From Octopus sinensis (Eukaryota), in the NCBI RefSeq assembly GCF_006345805.1, contig NW_021833640.1, positions 1 to 57,203 on the forward strand: a DNA stretch of 57,203 bases, written 5' to 3'. Of the stretch, positions 9,775 through 20,385 are shown piece after piece. The notes under the pieces were generated by a model. It worked only from the letters and a program-made list of their open reading frames with translations. It was not told where the DNA came from and searched no databases. The first letter of the stretch is position 1. The number at the start of each line of letters is the position of its first letter. The translations under genes and the position numbers were made by a program.

Positions 9775-11548
9775 ATTTTATTACTACCCACAAGGGGCGA
9801 ACATAGATGGGACAGTACAATCGGGGAACTTAAAATAAGAAAGCGAATGACAAGAAAAGGAAAAAATAATAGTAAAAAATGACATATGAAAGAATATTTA
9901 CAATGAGATGTAAATGCCCACTCGATCCCCGGAATCGAGAGGTTACATTTTCGTCACATATATTTCACAATATTTTCTTTTTTCTCTTCTTTCTTCTCTC
10001 TCTTCTCACAATTCTATACGTATTCCATAATAGCTTTCAATTCTCTAAAGTCAATCACTGAGCCCTCAGGCAGCCGCTCTCTCACTCGAACACTCGTGTA
10101 AAATATTACACTCTCTCCGGCAGCTCTGAGGAACTCAGCGACTCTTTCTTCGGGGATTAGAGCAGTCTCCTGCCACTGATCGGTCATCCTGTTGACCCAT
10201 ATATGTCCCTCCGTATTACATGTCAAGTCTTTCATTTCAGGGCAGAAATGAAAGGTTATTAACTTGTAGAAGCAGTAATCTTGTTTCCGTCCTACGTTTT
10301 CCCTCGTTTTTCTTTTCGGGCTTATTTCTTCCTTGTTCTCCTCTCTTTGTTTCTCTCTTTCTCTCTTTTTGCCTTCTTTTCTTTCTTCTTCCTTCTCTTG
10401 TCTTTTTGGTTCTTTGTCTGTTCTCTCTTTCTCTCGTGTTTTATGTTCCTTTTCTTTTTCTTTTTGTGTGCCGTCTTTTCTTTTCGTTTGATTCTGATCT
10501 CTCTCTTGTTTTTTTCCTGTTGTTTCTTTTTCCTTTTTTTTTTCCTGACTCTGTTTTGGTTCTATTTCTTTCTTTTCTTTTATTTCTTTTTCCTTCATTG
10601 ACTTATTATTTCCTTTCTCTTGTTGTTTTGTTTCCTTTTCTATGTTCTCCTTTTCATCTACCGTATTCTTCTTTTCTTCAAGTTCCTGCTCGCACTCCGC
10701 TACGAATTCGTATAACGGGCACTCTTTTTTAATGTGCCCCCTTGTCCCGCACAAGTAGCAGTTTGGCTTTCTTCCCTCTACAATTACACTGAGGGTTTTC
10801 TCATCTTCAATTTCTATTCTGTAGGGGAACCTTTCAATGTCCTCTTTTGTGGCCATCAAACACAGTTCTACCCCATATCCTCTCCAGTTTACCGCGTTGG
10901 ACTCCTTAAAGGATTCCACCTCCACTTCCTCTTCTGCTGCTCCTAGAATAGCTGTTGCCAGCCATTCTGTTTTCACTTCTGGGGGTATATTCGGGATTTT
11001 AACCCGGACCCCTCTTCTTCCCTTGTATGAGGGCCACATTATAAATGTTTCCGCTCTTAGTACAGTGGTAGCCAGTGAGGCTGCAATTTCTTCCGTTGCA
11101 CATCTCACCTCCACCGTACCAAATTTCTTGCCTCTACTCACGTAGGTCGATTTCCCCATTATGTCTCCCAGACATTTTTCGATTTCGGCTATCTCCACTC
11201 TTGCCAGTTTCTTCGTATTTTTGTCTTGGGTTCTATATGTCACTGTCTTGTTTTCTTTGTCCTCTTTTGCTTTTGCGGGGGGGATTAGCTTCACGCTATC
11301 ACCCTCCCTTTTGAAGAGCTTTTCATATTCCTTGATTTTACTCTTCTCAAAGAAAACATCCTTCACGATTATCGACGAATCATTATTTTTCTTTCCCGTG
11401 ACCCCCGCATAAGTCGCCATGACTAGAGGGTCAATTCACCTTCTTCGGAAGGTTTCCACACGTGGAGGCAAACGCCTCGCGCGATAATAATCAATTTACA
11501 CAACAAAATTTCACTGTCTAGTCACAGATAACAACACACTTGGGTAAA
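9775..11548 (-). mobile_element. Complete ORF1-only (HAL1-like) non-autonomous non-LTR retroelement, 1774 bp
   Basis: Exact 13-bp TSD tttcctccatgtg at 9762-9774 and 11549-11561; 128-bp 5' UTR, single ORF, 239-bp 3' UTR ending ...gccccttgtgggtagtaataaaat. No RT or endonuclease. Confidence 0.8.
10014..11420 (-). CDS. Non-LTR retrotransposon ORF1/gag-like nucleic-acid-binding protein (Tx1/L1-like), 468 aa
   Basis: Intact ORF. Alpha/beta (probably RRM-like) region, VIVEGRKPN followed by zinc knuckle CYLCGTRGHIKKEC, a K/E/R-rich linker, and a ~90-aa C-terminal globular segment. Confidence 0.85.
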   Translation of the reverse strand: MATYAGVTGKKNNDSSIIVKDVFFEKSKIKEYEKLFKREGDSVKLIPPAKAKEDKENKTVTYRTQDKNTKKLARVEIAEIEKCLGDIMGKSTYVSRGKKFGTVEVRCATEEIAASLATTVLRAETFIMWPSYKGRRGVRVKIPNIPPEVKTEWLATAILGAAEEEVEVESFKESNAVNWRGYGVELCLMATKEDIERFPYRIEIEDEKTLSVIVEGRKPNCYLCGTRGHIKKECPLYEFVAECEQELEEKKNTVDEKENIEKETKQQEKGNNKSMKEKEIKEKKEIEPKQSQEKKKEKETTGKKQERDQNQTKRKDGTQKEKEKEHKTREKERTDKEPKRQEKEEERKEGKKREREKQREENKEEISPKRKTRENVGRKQDYCFYKLITFHFCPEMKDLTCNTEGHIWVNRMTDQWQETALIPEERVAEFLRAAGESVIFYTSVRVRERLPEGSVIDFRELKAIMEYV

Positions 11549-11903
11549 TTTCCTCCATGTGTTCATTTTCTCTACATTGTACACATTATAGACTATAGTC
11601 TTTTTTTTAATTTAATTTTTTATTATCCATCTGGACTATTCCATTTCTGCACGCTAATTTTATTTTTAATTTATTCCCATTCATGTGAAACCACTTATTC
11701 AAGTTCAAATCATTGACGCAATTATATACCAATTGCTATTTTTACTTTTGTTATGTTACGATTATATTATACTTTAGTTTGATTTTAATTATTACTTACT
11801 ACATATAATTCAATTGTTATTATTATTTTTATTGTTAAAGTGAAAGTATCTGACATAAAATAGAGAAACGTTTTTGTTTCACTTTTAACACGTAATACTG
11901 AAA

Positions 11904-12242
11904 TAGTGGAGAAGATATGATATTGCTATGGGCTCGCTCTAGGCAAGAAGTTGAACATTTTTGTTGCCCATGACACTACATGGACCCTAAGTAAGGCATG
12001 TGTAAAATTTGAATGGAATTGGTTGAGTAGTTCTCAAGTTTTAGGGAATCGTAGTGGAGAAGATATGATATTGCTGTGGGCTCGCCCTAGGCAAAAGGTC
12101 TAAATTTTTTTGCCGATGACACTTCCCGGACCCTAAGTAAGGCATGTGTAAAATTTGAATGAAGTTGGTTGTGTAGTTCTCAAGTTTTAGGGAAACACAC
12201 AGACAGACAGACAGACAGACACACATTCTCAGTTTTATATAA

Positions 12243-12245
<3 letters not shown>
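11904..12245 (-). mobile_element. Helitron/Helentron-like non-autonomous element 5' part with 148-bp internal tandem duplication
   Basis: Units 11904-12051 and 12052-12194 (tagtggagaagatatgatattgct...), (CAGA)n, and a minus-strand end tatataaaactgagaatgtgtgtctg typical of such elements. Confidence 0.55.
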
Positions 12246-12303
<58 letters not shown>

Positions 12304-12323
12304 TATATATATATGTATATCTT

Positions 12324-12370
<47 letters not shown>

Positions 12371-12519
12371 TGTATTGAATTGTGGCACACGGTGCACCTG
12401 TACAAATAATGTTGAATTGATGAAGAGAAAGTGAGCATATGTGGACACAAATATTTGATCGCTATGAACAAATCATCTGTATGGCTCTTCAGTAAGAGAA
12501 TGCAAGACACTTTATTTCA

Positions 12520-12690
12520 CGTTCCTCCAGTCCACTCACCTGGCAAAAATGAGAAGTAGCTATATTTTAAAGGGCCTGTCTTATCACACTGTGTCACGCT
12601 GAATCACCCTGAAAACTATGTTAAAGGTACACGTGGCTATGGAGTGCTCAACTACGTGCACGTTAATTTCATGATCGGATCAACTGGAAG
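12520..12690 (+). mobile_element. SINE 3' fragment (family B-related)
   Basis: tcacactgtgtcacgctgaatc...gttaatttcatgatcggatcaactgg shared with 13310-13440. Confidence 0.6.
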
Positions 12691-12699
12691 CCTTGCCAG

Positions 12700-12766
<67 letters not shown>

Positions 12767-13095
12767 CCGGCCATTTCAACATGTTGAACCGTTAATCTCT
12801 ACACATTTTTGTCTCTCCCCATTCATTTTCCTCTCGATATTTTCTGTCGAACATCGTAGGTTTGAAACGTCAAACACTTCGCAATTCTCCCCGATCGTTA
12901 AACTACTTTATCTGCTAGTTTTGCTGTTTCTACACCTGTCTTCATCTTTTGTTTCCTGTAAATTGAGATGTGTATGCTCTTGTGTGTATATATGATCGTT
13001 TGTTTATGTGTATAAGTATGTAATTTTAAACGTATACTTTAACAGAAGTATGTTTCTATGTTGTTCTATGTTGTGTGTGTGTGTGTGTGTGTGGT

Positions 13096-13470
13096 GACGC
13101 AATGGCCCAGTGGTTAGGGCAGCGGACTCGCGGTCGTAGGATCGCGGTTTCGATTCCCAGACCGGGCGTTGTGAGTGTTTATTGAGTGAAAACACTTAAA
13201 GCTCCATGAGGCTCCGGCATGGGGTGGTGGAGAACCCTGCTCTACTCTCACCACAACTTTCTCTCACTCTTTCTCCCTGCTTCTGCTGTACCTGTATTTC
13301 AAAGGGCCAGCCTTGTCACACTCTGTGTCACGCTGAATCTCCCTCAGAACTACGTTATGGGTTAACGTGCCTGTGGAATGCTCAGCCACATGCATGTTAA
13401 TTTCATGAGCAGGCTCTTCCGCTGATCGGATCAACTGGAACCCTTGTCATCGTAACCGATGGACTGTCAC
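13096..13470 (+). mobile_element. tRNA-derived SINE family B, near full length
   Basis: gcaatggcccagtggttagggcagcggactcg (A-box-like), ggtttcgattccc (B-box-like), tail ...cgtaaccgatggactgtcac. Confidence 0.85.
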
Positions 13471-13547
13471 ATTATATATATGTATGTGTGTGTGCGTTTG
13501 TGTGTGTGTGTGTGTGTGTGTGTGCGTTTGTGTGTGTGTGTGTGTGT

Positions 13548-13586
<39 letters not shown>

Positions 13587-14416
13587 ATGGGGAAGTGTTT
13601 GTGTTTGTGCAACCCACTGTACGAGCCAGTAAATTAACATTCGGCAAAATAGAACGACAGGATAAATGCGTGTCTTCAAGATAATAGTGGAGTCGATTTG
13701 TTTGACTAAATCCTTGAAGACGGTGATCCAACATGGCCATACTCCAATGATTGAAACAAGTTAAAAAATAATATATACTCGTATACAGGTCAACGTAATT
13801 TTCTTGTTGAGTCGGCGTATGCTTCTAAAGATCTGATATCATTTCAAATTCATGTATGTACATGTATCTTTTTGCTCAATACTTCATTGAATACAAGTTC
13901 ACTAAGTCACACACAGTATATTTTTCTTTCTTTCTCTTTGTTTTTCACTTTCTTTAACACATTTCTTCCTTTCTCTTTCACTCACACACTTTCACTCTTT
14001 CTTTCTCATTCTCTTTAATCTATATATTTCTTTCTCTATGTATCTATGTCCACTTAAAACCTTTGTTTATATATTTCTGTACCAGGTTTTTATCCAGCAT
14101 AGGCGTGCAGAAAGATAAATATTATCTGTAGATGTCTTACTACAAAGAAGACAATTTCGTGAAGAAAAGGATATTTATTTGAAAAAGATAAACAAACAAT
14201 GTAATGTGTAAATATGCGAATATATTAAATCTCATGCAAGGACGAGTCCCTGTTAGATAAAGAAAAAAAAGTGCACATATAAACAAGGACATCAAGCTCG
14301 CACGTATACATACATACATACATACATACATACATACACAAATACATACATTAATACATACATGAACACATATATATTCATCTCTCCCTACATTCATACA
14401 TGTACAGACACATTGT

Positions 14417-14802
14417 GGCTCTCCGTCAGTTGCGACGAGGGTTCCAGTTGATCCGATCAACGTAGCAGCCTGCTCCTGAAATTAACGTGTAAGTGGCAGA
14501 GCGCTCCACAGATACGTGTACCCCTTATGGTAGTTCTAGGGGATATTCAGCGTGACACAGAGTGTGACAAGGCTGGCCCTTTGAAATACAGGTACAAGAA
14601 ATACAGGTACAGAAACAGAAAGAAAGAGTGAGAGAAAGTTGTGGTGAAAGAGTACAGCAGGATTCGCCATCCCTACCCTGCCGGAGTCTCGTGGAGTTTT
14701 AGGTGTTTTCGTTCAATAAATACTCACAATGCCCGGTCTGGAAATGGAAACCGCGATCCTACGACCGCGAGTCCGCTGCCCTAACCACTGGACCATTGCA
14801 AC
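14417..14802 (-). mobile_element. SINE family B
   Basis: Reverse complement of 13096-13470. Confidence 0.85.
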
Positions 14803-14899
14803 TCCGCCATGGATACATACATACATACATACATACATACATACATACATACATACAACATACATACATACATACATGCATGCATTCCGGAAGTTTATC

Positions 14900-15410
14900 A
14901 TTTAAATATTTGAGCATGTCTAGATATGCAACTATATGCATGAGAATACATCATAAAACAAAACATACAAATCTGCACATACATACATACATACATACAT
15001 ACATACATACATACATACATACATACGTACGTACGTACGTACATACATACATACATACATGCATACATACATACATACATACATACATACATACATACAT
15101 ACATACATACATACATACATACATACATACATACATACATACATACATACATACATACATACATACATACATACACACATACATACAAAAATACTTCTTC
15201 ACAATGTTGTTGATGTTGAAATACCAATGAAGGAGCCTTGGATTTATGTCAGAAACCGGTTCTTTCTCTATTGGCAAGAAATCTTGAAATAAACTGAAAA
15301 ATGGCATAGAAACATACATATATACATATATACAATGAAGAAGCCTCTAAGTAGAAATCGGCTGTCTCTTTTTGGCAAGAAATCTTGAAATAAAACTGAA
15401 TAATGACACG
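14900..15410 (-). repeat. Dispersed repeat carrying an internal (TACA)n tract
   Basis: tcagttttatttcaagatttcttgcc module plus the (TATG)n tract; also at 28560-28790 and 52625-52920. Confidence 0.65.
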
Positions 15411-15417
15411 CACGCAC

Positions 15418-15458
<41 letters not shown>

Positions 15459-15974
15459 TACGAACGTACATTTATACATACATACAGTAGATACTAGTGT
15501 TTTCCATTTTTTCTCTCGTTGTTTGCATATTTAGCTCATTTGTCTTCGTATTTCACGTTGTTTACTGTTGGTGACGTCCTGTACACATATATGCATATAT
15601 ATATTTATATATATATAAGAATGTTTTGCGTAATGAGATAAAAAAAAGCAAAGCCGTGTAAATATTAGAACAGTTATAGATAGATTGTCTTACAGCTGTT
15701 TCCAAGATATTTATTAATTATATCCCTTCAACGAAGACGGTGTGAGAGGATAGTTATGTCATAGTTAGTTTAGATGTGATACAAAATAGAGAGCGAGGTG
15801 GAGGAAAGAAAATAGAGGCAAGTTGTGTAAGCGCTCACGTTATCATTGGTGGGAACGAAGTGAGAGCGACTTTTGTGGAAGCGATTCCAATAATCAGGCA
15901 TGTCGTGCCTTTTATACATACATACATACATACACACATACATACATATATACATACATACATACGCACATACA

Positions 15975-16140
15975 TACGAGGCGGTGCTGAAAAGTTCCTG
16001 ACTTTCGGTAAAAGAAAATACATGTGGATCAGTTATGATTTCCTTCAACATATTCCCATCTCAAATTCACACATTTCGTTCCTGTTGTTTCTCTAAGCCC
16101 GGAAGGATGGGACTCCAACAAGACCTTTCGCCATACCCTA
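15975..16140 (+). mobile_element. Mariner-type 5' TIR fragment
   Basis: tacgaggcggtgctgaaaagttcctgac resembles mariner TA|CGAGGG... termini. Confidence 0.5.
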
Positions 16141-16191
16141 AAAAGCCATGATGTTTTCAGTATATCAGCGAACGTACATATTCATACACAC

Positions 16192-16355
<164 letters not shown>

Positions 16356-16373
16356 TTAATTTAAATACGTGAT

Positions 16374-16790
16374 ACTCTCTTACTCTTTTTACTCTTTTAC
16401 TTGTTTCAGTCATTTGACTGTGGCCATGCTGGAGCACCGCCTTTAGTCGAGTAAATCTACCCCAGGACTTATTCTTTGTAAGCCCAGTACTTATTCTATC
16501 GGTGTCTTTCACCGAACCGCTAAGTTACGGGGACGTAAACACACCAGCATCGTTTGTCAAGCGATGTTGGGGGGACAAACACAGACACACAAACATATAC
16601 ACACACACATACATATATATATATACATATACACGACGGGCTTCTTTCAATTTCCGTCTACCAAATCCACTCACAAGGCTTTGGTCGGCCCGAGGCTATA
16701 GTAGAAGACACCTGCCCGAGGTGCCACGCAGTGAGACTGAACCCGGAACCATGTGGCTGGTACGCAAGCTACTTACCACACAGCCACTCC
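16374..16790 (-). mobile_element. SINE family A
   Basis: Head ggagtggctgtgtggtaagtagc at 16790; tail (tactcttt)n at 16374. Confidence 0.9.
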
Positions 16791-17370
16791 ACTTACCATA
16801 CAGTCGCAATACTTAAGGTAAAAAATTTTAAAAGATGCTATTTTTAAAAAATCATATTTAGAGAACGGAATGACACCAACCATGGGGAAGAAGTTTTCGT
16901 ATAGTGTGTATTTTGCGTGTTATCCTTCTACGTATCTTTTCATTTATCATAATATTTTCCCTTATCGTACTGGGGTTTAATCTTACCTTATAATCCCTTA
17001 TATGTTACCATTTTATTTTTGTTTTATTTTCATTTCTGCTCCGATTCAAACATCGTATATAATTTCCATTTCTTCTCACTTTGAACAACAAAAGGAATAA
17101 ATTTATCATAGATAAACGCATCCTAAAACAAATGTAATAACCAACCTAACAATGACCGCGATATCATAAAATCTAACGATAAAGCTGACCACTAGAGAAG
17201 GTTACGGATATCAGAATTCAATACACTATATTGATACTCTTTGACCTCGGTAGCTGACTATAAGGATGTGAGAGATGACCTAATGCATCTATAGACACAA
17301 TAGTCACAAAATTATTTACTGTCTTTCTTCTTTTCTATATTCTCTCTCTCTCCTCTCTCTCTCTCTCTAT

Positions 17371-17430
<60 letters not shown>

Positions 17431-17815
17431 TAAAAATATGTAAATGTAGAACCATCCAGATTTCTGAGTACCTTATTTTTCTAATATATATTGAGAGAAG
17501 AAAGAGATGGACGCTTCAATTCTATGCTGTTGCCGCATTATGTCGTACGCGAATGAGGGGATTTGCATCCCCAACCAAGAATTTTTGATGTAACACATGT
17601 CCTTGTGGAAGCTGTTGTGCGCGGCTGAAGAAGGCCACAGACATACATTATGCATTGTTATAAATCTGTCTAATAAAGGCCTGAAACATATGTACCGCTG
17701 AATCCTTGGCATCATGTTTTTATTTTGATATATTTATATATATATATATATTGGTAAAAACGGTAAGATAACAAAAGAAAGAAAGAGACCTCGATATTAT
17801 GTAAATAGAGGAATT

Positions 17816-17983
17816 TATCTGTAAATGTAATATGTTACAATTATTCGGTAGCCAAGATAAAACTCTGAGTTTCGGATGCGGTGGCTGGCTAACTGAAGAG
17901 ATGGTGGCGTGGATTTCCACCTCGGCATCCGAAACTCAGAGTTATATCTTGGCTACCGAATAATTGTGACTTATTACATTTAC

Positions 17984-17988
<5 letters not shown>
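17816..17988. repeat. Inverted repeat, 64-bp arms, 3 mismatches, 45-bp spacer
   Basis: 17816-17879 versus 17925-17988. Confidence 0.9.
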
Positions 17989-18020
<32 letters not shown>

Positions 18021-18024
<4 letters not shown>

Positions 18025-18167
18025 TTACAGTATTAATTTAGCCCTACGCTGTCGTTTCCACCTCTATAATTTGTCATTACCTATATATATATATATACAT
18101 ACATATACATACATACATACATACATACATTACATACATACATACACACATACATACATACATACAC

Positions 18168-18203
<36 letters not shown>

Positions 18204-18258
18204 GTATCTATGTATGTGTGTATGTATGTATGTATGTATATGTATCTATATATATATA

Positions 18259-18326
<68 letters not shown>

Positions 18327-18411
18327 TAATGACAAATTATAGAGGTGGACTCTTTTCAAGAAACGACAACGTAGGGCTAAATTTATTGAGCAATAATTAA
18401 TACTGTAATTC

Positions 18412-18412
<1 letters not shown>
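18021..18412. repeat. Inverted duplication flanking a microsatellite block
   Basis: 18021-18083 is the reverse complement of 18323-18412, with two internal deletions in the left arm. Confidence 0.85.
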
Positions 18413-18442
<30 letters not shown>

Positions 18443-18482
18443 AATATGTATATGTCTATGTATATACGTGTGTATATATATC

Positions 18483-18686
18483 CTCTGTGTCTGTTTGTCC
18501 TCCCAACATCGCTTGACAACCGATGCTGGTGTACTAACGTCCCCGAAACTTAGAGGTTCGGCAAAAGAGACAGATAGAAGTACTAGGCTTACAAAGAATA
18601 AGTCCTTGGGTCTATTAGCTCGACTAAAGGCGGTGCTCCAGCATGGCCACAGCCAAATGACGGAAACAAGTAAAAGAGTAAAAATG
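18483..18686 (+). mobile_element. SINE family A, 3' half
   Basis: catcgcttgacaaccgatgctgg...agtaaaagagtaaaa. Confidence 0.8.
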
Positions 18687-19375
18687 TAAAAGAATCCTGC
18701 GACGGACTGGCACCATTGAAACCGAAAAACCGGCCTTTATGAGTCGGCATGACTCGGGAAGGTAACTTACTCACATGCCGGCTCCTATAATCTATGCATG
18801 TACCTAAGTAAATAAATAGAAATGGGCCGGATATAGTAGCAATGAATCACCAGTGGTGATTTTTGGTGGTCTTGAGTATATTCCTTTCATTACAAAATGT
18901 GGGATTTTGTTTGTCAGGAAACAATTCATCAACTACAGCAGTTTTCATGCATTCCAATATTGGAAAATTTCTCCAACAGAATTCAGAGGTCGACTGTGTT
19001 GAACGCTTTACTGAAGACAAGATAAATGGCAACTGGATTTGGTGACCTCTCTCAGAGCATTTCGCAGGCCATCAAATTGATGCAGAATCTGTCTTAGGGA
19101 GATATGCTGACATTCCCAATCTGAAATTACAAGCTAAGTTAGAATAAGAGAACAAAACCTGAGATAACCATTTTAGCGAATCTCAAAATAGATGTGATAC
19201 AATTTCAAGAATTAACCTCTTTAACTTGTTAATATGTTTAGAGGATAAATCTGATCTTTTATATTATTTATCTAAATGCTTTTCATTGGAATACCAGCCT
19301 CCTCGATAGGATCATGGCGTTCTCAATCTCTTTGTTCGACAAGATAAAATCTCGGTTTGAATTTATCCATGATAT

Positions 19376-19596
19376 TCTTCCTATTTGCTTCAGTCATTTC
19401 ACTGCGGCCATGCTGCAGCACCGCCTTTAGTCGAACAAACAGACCCCATGACTTATTCTTTGTAAGCCTAGTACTTATTCTATCGGTCTCTTTTGCCGAA
19501 CCGCTAAGTTACGGGGGCGTAAACACACCACCATCGCTTGTCAAGCGATGGTGGGGACAAACACAGACACACAGACACACAGACACACACACACTC

Positions 19597-19652
<56 letters not shown>

Positions 19653-19798
19653 ATATGTATATATGTATATATACGACGGCTTCTTTCAGTTCCCGTCTAC
19701 CAAATCCACTCACAAGGCTTTGGTCTGCCCGAGGCTATAGTAGAAGATACTTGGCCAAGGTGCCATACAGTGTGACTGAACTAGAAACCATGTGGTTC
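19376..19798 (-). mobile_element. SINE family A (5' truncated)
   Basis: Matches 16374-16760. Confidence 0.85.
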
Positions 19799-19799
19799 T

Positions 19800-20385
19800 A
19801 AAAACCTTTCTTAAACTCGAGCTCTTTAAAAAGACGGTTATGATGACTTTTTGGTGACGTACTGCTGGACTCATCCACTATAACTTCTTTAAACCCGGAA
19901 AAACCATTACTACAGAAACATATTGCCATGAAATTGCCAAAATGAACGAAAAACTTCTACTCCTCCGTCCCAGGCTGGTCATCAGAAGAGAGCTACTCAT
20001 TTTTCATGACGATGCTCTAACACACATTTTACTAATGATGCACCAAAAGCTGAGGAAACTTAGCAACGAAGTTCTTCTCAACCCAATATATTCTTCAGAC
20101 CTTTCTCCTACCGAATACCACTTTTTCAAGGACCTTGATGGTTTGCTGCGAGAGAAGTAGTTAAAAAATGAAGCCGATGCTGAAAGTATGTTCAAGGATT
20201 TCCTCAGCTCCAGAACTCCTTATTTTAAGTTACCACAATAAACAAACTCGTAACTCATTGGCAAAAATATGTTGATTTTAATGGTACACTTACTTTGATG
20301 AATAAAATTTCCGCTTTGTTGAAATATATTGTTATAAATTCCATGTTTCAAAACATTGTTTACTTCTTAGTTAGATATAATACAA
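19800..20385 (+). pseudogene. Mariner (Hsmar1/cecropia-like DD34D) transposase C-terminal relic with 3' TIR
   Basis: HDDA...YSSDLSPTEYHFFKDLD (cf. HDNA...YSPDLSPTDYHFF). Upstream GLIHYNF..PGKTIT and downstream INKLVTHWQKYVD also match. Contains stops and frameshifts. Confidence 0.85.

Noticed and set aside
10220-11412. Plus-strand ORFs rich in F/L/S overlapping ORF1
   Set aside because: Antisense shadows of the purine-rich ORF1 coding strand.
11437-11453. accttc-ttcg-gaaggt hairpin in the 5' UTR of the ORF1-only element
   Set aside because: The cUUCGg loop is on the non-transcribed strand and the stem is only 6 bp; no function can be argued from one copy.
13096-13165. tRNA-like sequences here and at other SINE heads
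   Set aside because: They continue into SINE bodies and lack a full cloverleaf, so they are not tRNA genes.
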